Shown: positions 1 to 12,172 of the stretch, piece after piece
Numbering within the stretch: position 1 is the first letter of the stretch
How the letters are laid out: each line of letters opens with the position of its first letter
From: Eledone cirrhosa
Lineage: Eukaryota
Direction of reading: 5' to 3'
Length of the DNA: 64,000 nucleotides
Assembly: GCA_964016885.1 (NCBI GenBank)
Contig: OZ024741.1
Span: 160,704,001-160,768,000, forward strand
Made by a program: the position numbers and the translations under genes
Notes under the pieces: model-generated
The model's input: only the letters and a program-made list of their open reading frames with translations
Databases searched by the model: none
Told to the model about the DNA's origin: nothing

Positions 1-670
1 ATATAGCCTGATTGATGATGCGTGCAACCAGTTTAGTGCCTACGTCCCCTGATGCCTTCAGCATATCAGCAACTATCCCCGATGGTCCAGCAGCCTTACC
101 ATTTTTCATTTCCTTAATCGCCTCTTGGACCCTATATTCGTCAATCTCAATAGCTGGTCCCTCTGTCGGATCTACTGAGGGTAATTTCTCTCTCTCCCAT
201 TCGTTCTCCACATTCATCAGTCTCTCATAATGACATTTCCAGGCCTCCTTTTTCTGATCATTCATGACACTAAGTACACCGGCATCATCCCGGACACATT
301 GATCTCCAACAACATCTTGATTTGCATTGACACACTCTCTTGCAATGTGGAACATCGCACGCCTCTGATCTTCCCGTTGCAGAACATTGGCAAACCTCCT
401 ACTCTCAGCCTCCCTGCGTGCTAAGTACACCTGACGTCTAGCTTCTCTCTTAGCGGCTGTATATCCTTCCCTACTCCCACCCTTTTTCCAAGCCTTCCAT
501 GCTAGTCTTTTGTCTCTAATGGACTTATCTACTGTGCTGTTCGACCACCAGGTCACTCTCTGTGGAGCTCTGCTCCAGCTACATGTTTCATCAGTAGCCT
601 GCAGTAAGTTGTCACGTAAGAAATTCCAGTTATTATCTATGTCATACGTCTCTAAATCGTCTTCTTTTTC
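1..670 (-). mobile_element. Degenerate RTE-clade LINE fragment (pre-RT/RT N-terminal region)
   Basis: Minus-strand translation gives MKNGKAAGPSGIVADMLKASGDVG, the RTE 'K.GKAPGPD.I..E.LK' region. Confidence 0.75.
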
Positions 671-901
671 GTCATTTATATATATATACACAGTGAACCA
701 CCAACATTTGCAGCCCTGGTTATTTGCAGAAGTTTCATTAGAACCTAAATAATAAAAACCACTGCATATTCACAGAATCATAAATATTTGCCACAATTTT
801 TTTATGCCGTTGTTTTAATACCCTTGGCCGGAGATTGAAAAAAATGTTGTTATAGTGAAAAATTCATTATAATGGTATTCATTATAACCGAATTTTACCT
901 G

Positions 902-974
<73 letters not shown>

Positions 975-978
<4 letters not shown>

Positions 979-1540
979 TTTTCTTTATTAACCACAAGGG
1001 TTTACATAAAGTAGACATTAAGGACAGTACAGGACAATACAGGACGGTATAAATGGGCATTTCTGCATGTAAAAAACAAAAACAGAGGATGTAACAAAAA
1101 AAATAACAATGAAAAATTCCCCAATACGGGGGAGACTTCCGAGGGACATTCGTGGAGAAAGCCCATTAAAAAGCCACAGTGACCCTGACCACCAGGGCAA
1201 GTGCCCTCTCCCAGTTTTCCACCTTTAATTTACAGACACATACTCAGAGTAGGCCCATTCACTCGGGCCATTCTTGCCTCTCTCACCCATCTTTCAACAA
1301 AATGCTGGGAAGAGAGCACTTCCCTCTCTACCCTGATTTTCCTTTTCAAATGAAATTTGAAAAAGTTAATCAGGGCATCACCGAAGAGGTAAGTGCTCGT
1401 CTTCAGCCCTTTCAAACGTGTCCACCATACTATCTCTTTCGCCATGGCAGATAAAAACTGCCTGCCCTTCCTGGCTAAAGAAAGAGGGCGGGGCAATCCT
1501 CACGATGGACTCAGCTGATAGCTGGATCCGTCCTACACGC
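975..1540 (-). mobile_element. 3' fragment of an L1/Tx1-like LINE ending in (TTA)n
   Basis: ORF remnant ...AMAKEIVWWTR...W, then AATAAA and a (TTA)n tail at 929-976. Confidence 0.55.
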
Positions 1541-1541
1541 G

Positions 1542-1572
<31 letters not shown>

Positions 1573-1573
<1 letters not shown>

Positions 1574-4500
1574 CACCCGAAGCAGACAATGATCTGAATA
1601 CTGAGATAAATAATACCTGGAACAGAGATACGGCCACTGAGGAGATGAATGCTGACGGGCTAGGACAAGATTTGGTTGACATCCTAAATTTAGTGGTAGA
1701 TGAATTGAACAATGATAGTGGGAGACTTATGAACCTAAGATTTGTAGACAGGAAAAAGAAACAACAGCTAAGGTAAACAAAGTCATCCCATACCTTGAGG
1801 CGAGGAGCCTTCACCAGTGCAACAATATCCTCAAAGCAACAGCAAATACGGTGAGGAAACTACTTGGTATAAAAGCGAGAGGAAACAACAGACAAGAAAG
1901 AGCAGAGCCTTGGTGGAAGAAACGACTGAGTGGTCAAATCAGGGAAATGAGAAATGACATTGGAAAGCTTGAGTCACTACTGAATGGGACACTAAAAAAC
2001 ATAGACACTAAAAATAGACTGGAAATAAAGTACAAAACTAGGAGGAAAAAGCTAAATATTATCATAGAGGAACTGAAGCAACGCATTGTAGCAAAGAGTG
2101 CAAAAATCAGGCGATACGAGAACAGAATCAGTCAGTATAGACAGAACCGCATGTTCGACAACAACCAGAAGATGCTGTTTGGACAGCTTGAGGGGAAAGA
2201 AAGAGGCAATGACTTGATCCCTGAGGCGGAACAAACTAAAACATTCTGGAGAGGAATATGGGAGCAGGATGTTAGACATAATGACCAGGCAGTGTGGATT
2301 GAGACAGTACAGGAGATCGGTGAACAGGCACACCAACAAACTGATTTGAGTATCACAGTTGAAACTCTTAAGGGGCAGGCCAAAAAACTAACCAACTGGA
2401 AATCACCAGGCCCAGATGGTGTGCAGGGGTATTGGATTAAAAATATAACATCCCTCCACCCGAAACTGACAACCATGTTCAATGACTGCTTGATGTCAAG
2501 TGAGGTACCAGAGTGGTTGACAAAAGGTACCACAGTTCTGATAATGAAAGACCGAATCAAGGGTAATGATGTTACCAACTATAGACCTATCACATGTCTG
2601 TCCGTAATGTGGAAACTGTTGACGAGCATTGTGTCTGAGGAAATCTACCATCACCTCCACACAAACAACTTGTTACCGGATGAACAGAAAGGATGCCGAA
2701 AGAAGTCACGTGGTACAAAGGACCAGTTACTTATTGATAAGATGGTAATGGGGAATTGCAGGAGGAGACACACTGATCTTGCCATGAGATGGATAGAGTA
2801 CAGAAAGGCATTTGACATGGTGCCTCATTCTTGGATCACCAAAAGCCTGGAGATCTTCAAGGTGGCAGATAACATCAGACAGTTGTTGGCAAAAGTATGA
2901 GGTCCTGGGAAACAGAGTTGACATCAACTGGAGAATCCTTGGGAAGCGTGAAGATCAAGAGATGTATCTTCCAGGGAGATAGCCTGTCCCCTCTGTTGTT
3001 TGTCCTTGCCCTGATGCCCCTGACCAGTGTACTGCGAAAAGTGAGAGCAGGATACAGGTTGGGAAAGGGAGGGCTTACCATCAATCACCTCCTCTTCATG
3101 GACGATCTTAAGCTCTTCGGGAAGAGTGAGAAGGAGTTGGATGTGCTTGTTGACACTGTCCGTATTTTCAGCAGTGATATATGTATGCAGTTTGGTATTA
3201 GTAAGTGTGGAGTCATTGTGATGAGGAGGGGTAGGTTGAGCAGAAGTAATGGAATCCAGATACCAACAGGTGAGATGATAAAGGAAATTGACTCTGAGGA
3301 AGGATACAAGTATTTGGGCGTTCTGGAGGCTGATGGCATAAAGAACAAAAAAATGAAGGAATTGTTAAGAACTGAATACATTCGGAGAGTAAGGAGCGTA
3401 TTGAAGTCACATCTGAACAGCAGAAATGCCATAAGCGCAGTAAATTCCCAAGCTGTGTCTATTATTAGGTACAGTGCGGGAATTCTGAGATGGAATGTTG
3501 CTGAACAAAAATAAATGGATAGGAAGACTAGGAAGCTATTGACTATCTACAACATGTTCCACAAGAGGAGTGATGTCGATAGACTCTACCTAAGGAGATC
3601 TGAGGGTGGAAGAGGTCTTATCAGCATAGAGGACTGTGTTCAGATGGAGAAAAACAACCTACACAAATAGGTGACTGATAGTAAGGAGCCAATGCTCAGA
3701 ACTGTACTGAAGGAGGGGACAATAGGCCAGGGGATGTCCAAGGAGGAAATAACATCAAGGAGAAAGAGCAGCCTTCAGGAAAAATCCCTTCATAGTACCT
3801 TCTTTGAGAAAACTGAATTTAGAGATCCACAGACATGGAACTGGTTGAGAAGAGGAGACCTTAAAAAGGCTACAGAAGGAATGTTAATGGCTGCGCAGGA
3901 GCAGGCCCTCAAAACGAAGTGGTTAAAACACCATATTTACAAGGAGGAGGCTAGCCCACTGTGCAGGATCTGTGGAGAGAGAGAGGAGACTGTGGCTCAC
4001 ATTGTATCCGAGTGTAAACACCTAGCCCAGACCCACTATAAGGGCTGGAGACATGATGTGATGGGCAGGGTGATCCACTGGCACCTGTGCAAAGTAAACA
4101 ATTTACCACATTCTGAGAAATGGTATGAGCATAGGCCAGAGGCGGTGATGGAGAACGATCAGGTGAAGGTGCTGTGGGATTTTAGGATACAGATGGACAA
4201 GAAACTGGAACACAATAGACCTGACCTGGTGGTTGTGGACAAAGAAAAAAGATTGTGTCTGATTGTGGATGTGGCCTGCCCATTCGACACGAGAGTGCAA
4301 AAGAAGGAGAGGGAGAAAATTAACCGGTACCAGGACTTAAAGTGGGAGGTAAAAAGGATTTGGAACTGCCATGAAGTCAAAGTGATCCCGATTGTCATAG
4401 GCGCACTGGGGACTATCTCCAAAAGTTTCCAGGGATGGTTAAAGAAAATCGGCCCCTTCACGCTTTTTGGAACGCTTCAAAAGGCATGCTTGCTGGGAAC

Positions 4501-4611
4501 AGCAAGAACCCTCTGATACGTCCTGAATATCTGAGGCTGCAGGTAGTGGCTTGATATTCATTCCAACGGACTTTCCGGTTAACTAACATCAATGACTCAA
4601 GGAGTAATAAC

Positions 4612-4640
<29 letters not shown>
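1573..4640 (+). mobile_element. R4/Dong-type non-LTR retrotransposon (RT + CCHC knuckle + restriction-like endonuclease), 5'-truncated and inactivated
   Basis: RT motifs KSPGPDG, NYRPITCL, AFDMVPH, IFQGDSLSPLLF, HLLFMDDLKL, YKYLG. CRIC...H...C knuckle, RHD and RPDLVVVD..D (RLE). Frameshift near 2897 and stops at 3512, 3668 and 4514. (TAA)n on both sides. Confidence 0.92.
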
Positions 4641-4642
<2 letters not shown>

Positions 4643-4771
4643 GTGAAGACTAAAATCCAAAGAGGGCTAGATAAGAATAATATATATATAGATATATATA
4701 AAAACCGTAGAGCAAATATTTATATATATAGTAATATGATACACACTAATATACATAAATATATGCATGTA

Positions 4772-5175
4772 TGAAGTCCCGCCTTGACCAGTTTCACTCA
4801 ATGACCAAACAAATTAAAATAATCATTTAATCAGAGTTATTTATCAAATTATAAATGCAAGGAATAGACAAAGAATTACCTATTTTTTTCTTCAAAGTCC
4901 TTACTGCAGTTTCATCAACCGTTTTGCAACATCGTTGCACCAGAGAATTGCACCAACACTGTAAGGCTGTTAAATCTTCAGGAGACCTCTCATTAAGTGC
5001 AAAATGGTTGATGAAACTGCAGTAGAGACTTTGAAGAAAAAGTAGGTAATTCTTTGGTCATTTTTTCCTCGCATTTATAATTTGATAAATAGCTCTGATT
5101 AAATGATTATTTTAATTCTTCTGATTATTTTAACTCGTTCGGTCATTGAGTAAAACTGGTCAAGGCTGGACTTCA
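4772..5175. repeat. ~400-bp foldback (long inverted repeat) carrying a hammerhead; probable PLE pseudo-LTR remnant
   Basis: Arms about 4772-4928 and 4997-5175 are reverse complements with scattered mismatches. The hammerhead core spans the loop. Confidence 0.8.
4897..4986 (-). ncRNA. Type I hammerhead ribozyme motif (stem I partly decayed)
   Basis: GTCTC-CTGAAGA-[long helix II]-GAAAC-TGCA-GTA-AGGAC. The opposite arm retains the perfect partner GAGAC. A partial second copy lies at about 5790-5835 (+). Confidence 0.65.
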
Positions 5176-6279
5176 CACACGCATATATCTATGAATCTGT
5201 GTCATCATCATCACCGTATTGCGTCCATTCTTCCACACTAGCATGGGTTAGACGGGTTGTCCTGTTGTGGGCGATGTTAAGTCGGGTGACCTTGTCTTGC
5301 TCATACAGGAACTGATTTTAGCTTGATTTCTACAGCTAGATGCCCTTCCTAACAACCAATCTCATTTACAGTGAGAGCTGGGTGCTTTTTATTTGTGGCG
5401 TCTACATGACCACTTTACAATGTGAACTGGATGCTTTCTGTCGTGACACCTCCACGACCACTTTGCAGTGGAAGGGGGTGGGGGCATATTGTCTATATGC
5501 TTCAGCTTCAGCTTGTTCCTGTGGGAAGTCGGGTCTTCCGTATTACTGCGTGACGCCAGAGGTCACGGTCCTGTGTCATCGCTGTGTGTATCATATTACT
5601 TTATTGTCTCAACTCCCTCTTTGGTAGAGTTAATTTGGTGGGTACTAGCTGCTTTTTCTAGCAGATGGGGTTACTTGCTAAATGTCCAGTCTTTGCCTCC
5701 CTTCTGCGACCTATACCACATTATGAATTCTCCCTCCAGAGAAATATTCACTTTCTTAGTTTGGGTCAGGATACAGACCACATAATGAGGGGTCTCCTGA
5801 AGATTCGACAGCATTGGTGCAATTCTCTGGTGCTTTTAAAAAATTTGATATGTATATATATATATATATAGGGCGAAACTGAACGTAGGCAGGATCAAAT
5901 ATTGTGTGAAGGAGAGGGGACTGCGGTGGTATGGTCACATGATGCACATGAAGGATGACAGCTGTTTAAAGAGGTGTCAGGCTTAAAGGTTGCAGGATAC
6001 CCCAAAAGAAGGAGATCCGGGAAGACGTGGTATGAAGCAATGGGGTGGACCTGGCTCAATTGAACCTCCCAATGTGGAAGACACAGGACTGAGTCTTCTG
6101 GCGCTACAACATGACAAAAGACCCGTGTTGACAACTCAACCTCACACTCAGCTCATAACGGCACCACCCAGCTCCACACTGCAAACACAGTTGATGGCAG
6201 GCCCACCTAGTAACTTATGAATAAGGCTTCACACAGCCAACTGGCCAAACCTCCCTCATAAACTTTTTGACTCTAGGCT

Positions 6280-6978
6280 ATCATTCAGGTTTGGAATTTC
6301 TTCTCTAATTCTGCCATAGATTCAGTTACAAGGGTTAGATCATCTGCATATAGAAGTTCCCATGGACAACCAGTCTTAAATTCTGCTACAGCCAGGACTA
6401 TAATAAACAGGAGAGGGCTAAGAACAGAGCCCTGATGGACTCATACCTGCATGCTAAATTCATCACTGTAGTCATTGTTAATTCTAACTTTGCTGACTGT
6501 TCCTCTATAATCGTTTGCACTGATCTCACAAGACACTCATCTACTCCTAGTTTTCTAAGATAATGGAATGAGGGACTCCATCAAAAGCTTTTTCCAGGTC
6601 AACAAATGCCAGGTAGAGGGGTTTACTTTTAGCTAGATATTTCTCCTGCAGTTACTTTTACCTGACACAAATCCAAACTGAATCTCATCTAGGTTAACTC
6701 GGACCCTAATCAGCTGTGCTATACTTTTTTCTGTGACCTTACCTTCATGGCCTGATCCATCAACTTGATGCCTCTGTAGTTTTCTCAGTCTAGTAGATAA
6801 CGATGCTGCTGCTATGCCAGTCATTGAGTATAACACCATTTTGTTTCACATGGTTTACAATACAAGTGGTTAAGGTGTAACCCACTATCCTAGATGCTTT
6901 CAGCATCTCAGTAACTATCTGTGAATGTCCAGCTGCTTTGCTTGTCTTCATATTCTTCATTGCCTTACTTACTATACT
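6280..6978 (-). mobile_element. Degenerate RTE LINE RT fragment
   Basis: Remnants of MKTSKAAG..QIVTEMLKA, QFGFV, FVDLEKAFD, QGSVLSPLLFI, ELLYADDL. Confidence 0.8.
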
Positions 6979-6985
6979 GGTAAGT

Positions 6986-7172
6986 GGCGATGTTTGGCAG
7001 TATCGGTAGAGGGTTGGACACCAAGCTTTACAGCAAAGAGTTACGGCCCTTGTCATTCTGAGTTCAAATCCCGCCGAGGTTAACTTTGCCTTTCATCCTT
7101 ACGGGGTCGATAACATAAAGTACCAGTAATGTACTGGGATAATTGCTGGCCTTGTGCCAAAAAGTAGAAACA
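6986..7172 (+). mobile_element. tRNA-derived SINE with target-site duplication
   Basis: A box TGGCAGTATCGG, B box GAGTTCAAATCCC, body GCCTTTCATCCTTACGGGGTCGATAA. ATTGCCTTACT is duplicated on both sides. Confidence 0.85.
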
Positions 7173-7779
7173 ATTGCCTTACTATACTACTGCTCACTTG
7201 TACAGTAGTACTGCTCACTTGGTCCCTCTGTTGGGTCTACTTAAGGCAGACTATCTTTTTCCCATGCATTCTCCTCATTTAGTAGTCTTTCGTGTGGAAT
7301 TTCCATGCTACCTTCTGTTCAGCATCAGTGAATGCAAGTATGCCATCAACATCACTATTTTCCTCAGTCTTTCCAAGGACATGACAACCTCTCTAGTGTT
7401 GATGCTGTGACAAAATGCACCCAGTACACTCTGTAAAATAGTTGATGTTAGGAAGAGTATCTGGCTGTAGAAACCATGGCAAAATTTGGAACATACAAAT
7501 GCGACATAGTCTCACAATCTATCTAGAGAGCAGAAATCCTGAATAAGAATTTACTTAAACTTCTGTGATGACCCTTCCAATTCATGCTAGTATTTTAAGA
7601 GAGGTGAAGGGAGAAAGAAAGAGAACAAGAAAGTAGTGAGAAAGGGATATAGAGAGAGAATCAACTCTAGTATTGAACTTAATTTACCAGCTTTGAAAGG
7701 GTAAAAAGCAAAGTTAACCTCTGCTTGATGGCAATGATGATTAACAATAGCAACAATAGTAATAGCAGTGTTAGATGAA

Positions 7780-7785
7780 TTTATT
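7780..7785 (-). promoter_or_regulatory. Candidate polyadenylation signal AATAAA for CRYZL1
   Basis: AATAAA on the minus strand about 30 nt after the stop codon. Confidence 0.45.
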
Positions 7786-7813
7786 TACAAATCAACAATG
7801 AAAGTTTGGTCTT

Positions 7814-7910
7814 TCAGAATTGGACAATGGTCTTGCCAATAATTTGGTCAGATATAGTGAGCAAATTACTCACAGCTTCATCAATGTGGATCATTTTCGA
7901 AATACACACT
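7814..7910 (-). CDS. CRYZL1: CRYZL1 exon 11, terminal (VCISKMIHIDEAVSNLLTISDQIIGKTIVQF*)
   Basis: Strong polypyrimidine tract plus ccag, phase 2 entry. Ends K.IVQF-TGA like the CRYZL1 C-terminus. Total CDS is 1074 nt = 357 aa + stop. Confidence 0.92.
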
Positions 7911-8009
7911 CTGGAAGAAGAAAAGAAAAAAATATTATAAAAATGTATTCTTTTATTCTTACACTGGTTTCAGTCATTAGACTGTGCTCATGCTGGAGCA
8001 TCACATAAA

Positions 8010-8228
8010 CCCTTTAGCATTTACATTATTCTATACATAGTATTATATTTTCATGGTAAAGGCTTTATCTCATAATTATCTCACATAATATCAAATCTAC
8101 AAGATTTTAATGTTATTTATTTTGAGAACAATACCTTAACATCAATATGAGCAGCCAGTTACAGCCAATTTGAACAGAAAGGGGTGAGAGAATTCTGGCC
8201 ATATATGGCCGGTTTAAATGCTAAAGGG
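8010..8228. mobile_element. piggyBac-like MITE (further copies at 11107-11264 and 28179-28350)
   Basis: TIR CCCTTTAGCATTTA/TAAATGCTAAAGGG. TTAA flanks are intact on both sides of the 28179 copy. Three homologous copies in the window. Confidence 0.8.
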
Positions 8229-8689
8229 TTAAAGGAATTTAGTAGATTATAAGATTGTATCACCCCTAATACTTTGTTTTTCATGCCGAGTACTTATTTT
8301 ATCAATCTCTTTTTGGAACATAGACACACATACATATATTCATATATATAAATATATATAAATACATATGTGCAGCTGTCTTTGAACCTATAGTGACATT
8401 CTTTTATTTGGGTAGCACCTATGGCACTGTCACCAAAAGCCTTTTGAATTTTACAACTTGTTTCCACTTGAGTATCTCCAAGCTCTCAAGAAAACTTGAT
8501 GCAAGATCGTTGCTTCACAGATTCCATCATCATGGGCAAAATGAAAATGCAATAAGAACTACAGCACCTTACATGTTGGTTGCCTGCTAATGACTGACAC
8601 ATTCACCAAGCTCACCAAAAACCAATGTATATATATGAAATGTATGCAACTCCAATATGAATACTTTTGTCTTCCTTAGCATCATTACT

Positions 8690-9250
8690 TCTCATAGGAA
8701 GAAAATAGAGCTATACCAAGAAACAAGGAAAGAAGCTAGGCACCAGGTTCACCTAGCCAAAAGTGAAGCAGAAAGTAAGAAGTTTACATGGATCTTAAGA
8801 CCAAAAATGTGTCTTCTGGATTGCAAGGCAGTGTGCTATGGACAATCAAAATATTGTTGGGGAGAAGTGTATCTGTAAAGACAGTGGTACACTTGCCTTT
8901 ACCAATGCTAAAAAGAAAGAAGTGTGGAAGTGCCACTATGAGAGACAGTTGAATGAAGAGAATGCATGGGAGAAGGAGGAGCTACCGAAGAGGATCCAAC
9001 TGAAGGGCTGGCCATTCAGGTTAGCAACAGTATGGTAACTAAAGCAATCAAGGATATGAAAATGGTCAAAACATCTGGAATGGAGGGCCACATGCTTGTC
9101 ACATAGATAGTAAATCAGGTATTAAAGGATTGAGTCATACCCAATGACTGGTGTAGCAGCATCATTGTCAAGTGCTACAAGAGCAAAGGAAATGCACTGG
9201 ATAGAGAAAATTATAGGTCATGAAAGTTGCTAAAAGAGTTGTAGTAGAGC
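8690..9250 (+). mobile_element. Degenerate RTE LINE fragment
   Basis: KKEVWKCHYE..LNEENAW and IPNDWCSSIIV.CYK.KGNALDR.NYR remnants. Confidence 0.7.
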
Positions 9251-9299
9251 TGATTCTGGTCATCTGGTTCCTCCAGCCTCATGATAATGGGCCACTATA

Positions 9300-10170
9300 C
9301 TCTTCTATCTTTCTCTGTCACGGGTTGGTCCTTGGAACCAGTTTGTGCCACACATGTGCAGGTCATCTTTTAGGGTGGATCTCCAGGTCTTCTTTGACCT
9401 ACCTTTTAGTCTTTTCCCACCAGCTGTTAACCATGACATTGTAGTTCTTGCTGATATACTGACCCTCATTTGTAGGACATGCCCTGCCAGCTGCATTCTT
9501 CTGCTGTTGATGACAAGACTCAGGCATGTGGCATTGACTCTTCAAAGCATATCTTCAATTGTGATCATGTCTTGCCATCTAATGCCCAAGATCTTTCAGA
9601 CGCATCTTTATTGGAAAATATCAATCTGATTTTCAGTTCTGTCTGTACTCTTCCAAGTGTCAGCAACATAGGTTGTGGTCGAGATAACAATTGACCAGAA
9701 TAACCTCAATTTTGTTTATGATATGAGCTTCTTTGATTGCTATATTGATTGCAATACTCTGCCATAGCTTTGATTTCCATATTGATTCAAAACTTCTACC
9801 ATAGCGTGTCCACAGAAGCCACTATGAATTTTCCAAATCTTGAAAAAAACTGGCATAGGATCAAGGAACCAATTCAACATGGATTGAATATGACAGATTC
9901 AGATCAAAGAAAAAAAGACATCCGAATGCTGACTACCCAAGTTTTCTATGCCAACAAACCACAAACATCACTACCTAGAATGTCCAAACTTTATATCAAA
10001 GTGGAAAGCTGGCCAGTCATTAAAGAAATGACCAGATACAATCTGGTCATACTGGGACAATGACAATAACATGGCACAATGAGATGGACAGGAATGGCAA
10101 GTTTAACCATGAAGAACCATCCTATAGTCAGGTCATACAGAACATCGCCAATGTGGCGTCGGTATACAGA
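9300..10170 (-). mobile_element. Degenerate RTE LINE 3' fragment
   Basis: LAGHVL.M...W...GGKR.KGR.KKTWRST...DL C-terminal RTE motif. Confidence 0.6.
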
Positions 10171-10534
10171 TACCTGTCCAATGACTGCTTTACTTGAAGA
10201 AGAGGGGGGGGGACAAGGAGGGGAGGAGAAAGAAAGAAAGAAAGGAAGAAAGGAAGAAAGAAAAAGAAAGAGTGTCATAAACAACCCACATAGTGAAGAA
10301 AAGGAAAAGAGCAGATGCCAAAATTTCCAGACTTTGCTGAATTAACATATCAACAAGGTCACAGATTGAATTATCTGGAGAGGGAAACTGATAATATTAC
10401 ACTAGAACAAACAATTCAATCACTGATAGTGAGTTAGGGGGGTAAGGAGGGTCATGATGGGTCCCTGCATAGGCGGCATGTGGTGTTGTAGAACTTGTCA
10501 GTACTTGTAGTTGTGGTCTATGAAATTTGTGAAG

Positions 10535-10790
10535 ACGTGGTGGTGATGGGGATGATGGTGGTTGTGGTGATGGTGATGGTGGTGGTGGTAGTGGTGATGA
10601 TGGCAGCGATGGTGGTGGTGGTTGTGGTGTTGATGGTAGTGTTAGTGATGGTGGTGATAGTGATAGTGATAGGGTAATGACAGTGATGGTGGTGAAACTA
10701 TAATGATGGTAATGGTGGTATGGGTTTAATGACAGTGGTGGTAATACTGTAATAATAGTGGTGTTAGTGATGATGATGATAACGGTGATG
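10535..10790. repeat. Degenerate (GGT/GAT)n trinucleotide low-complexity tract
   Basis: Direct inspection. Confidence 0.85.
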
Positions 10791-12126
10791 CCCCAGCATG
10801 ATCACAGTCTAATGACAGAAACAAATGAGAGCCTAAAAAACAAATGTCGCAATTCTAATGATTCTGCCAATCCACCATGTTAGGTTTGGATAAAAATCAA
10901 TATTGCAATTTCATTATGTGTCAATTGATGTATAGAGCTGAAAATTTAGTTATTTGAGTATGTCATTGAAGCAATTTTTTTAAATTAATGATATTGATAA
11001 TAGAGCCTCTGGTGGTTTCAACAATAAACATTCAGTCATTTAATCACGTGGGTATCTGACTCAGGAATTAATATGCAAGTGTTCCTCAGACATGTGTATC
11101 CTTAAACCAATAGCATTTAAACCAGCCATATCCGGCCAGAATTCTCTCACCTCTTTCTGTTCAAACCAGCTGTAACTGGCCACTCAAAATCTGATATTAT
11201 GTGAAATAAAGTGTTCACCATGAAAATATAATAGTAAATATAAAGTAATGTAAATGCTAAAGGGTTAAAGTGATTCTTAGGCAGAATCAGCATGACACAA
11301 TACATGACAAGGCTCAATCTTTGCATTACAGGTACAATGAATCTGATGGGCTTCCACACAATGTACATCTACCTGATTTCACTCACAAAGTTTGGATCAA
11401 CTAGAGGCGATATGAAAGACATTCAAGATGCCATGCAGTGGAATTGAACTTGAGACTTCATGTTTTCAAAATGAACCACAAAACAATATTTCCATTGTTG
11501 ACATTATCAGCCGGTCACAACTCCTGGCAGAAAAAGGAACATGAAATAAAGTATTTTACTTGAGAACATAACACACCACCTGCTCCAGGTATTGAACCCA
11601 CAATCTTATGCTCCTAAATCTAACACCCTACCCCATTAGGCCATGTGCCTTCACTAAACCTTAAAGAAAAACATGTGCCAGTAGCAAAAGTAATGTTTAA
11701 ACACTTCTTTCACTCCTGAACTCGAACCATTCAACACTAGAAATAATAAGCAAACATTCAAGTTATATATGTAGTGGAGAATGTAACTCTTGGTGGAGTC
11801 ATAGGAGTACTGCAATGACATACAGTATGTCTTAGACACTTTAAAACTGGTAAAACCCAACTCCTCTCCAAGTCTGAACACAGCCAATTTCTTCGAAAGA
11901 GTGAGAGAGAATGTGTGGGAGAGATACAGAGGCGGAATTGACCCCAGCACTGGACTGCAACATTTTGCTACCTTGAAAGGTTGAAAGGCAAAGTTGACCT
12001 CAGCAAGAATTAAGTGCAGAGAGTCAGAACAAATACCACAAAGGATTATATTCAACATCCTAACAACTCCACTAATTCGCTGTCTTTGAAACATTCAATA
12101 CACTAAAGTAAAAAGAATGAACCTAC

Positions 12127-12172
12127 TTGAGTAATCCTCGATCCAGTTTGTCAACAGCATCAACTAAGATGT
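12127..12172 (-). CDS. CRYZL1: CRYZL1 exon 10 (HILVDAVDKLDRGLLK)
   Basis: Preceded by a TTCTTAAC branch-point-like sequence and an AC acceptor, with a gtaggt donor. Aligns to the CILKDVMEKLSTGVFR-type segment. Confidence 0.9.

Noticed and set aside
690-750. Possible minus-strand exon (tttag acceptor near 745)
   Set aside because: No recognisable protein motif or clear donor, and it is sandwiched between TE fragments.
11654-12094. 146-aa ORF or possible alternative CRYZL1 last exon behind a pyrimidine tract near 11890
   Set aside because: No similarity to the CRYZL1 C-terminus and partly overlaps SINE-like sequence. The exon at 7814-7910 fits much better.
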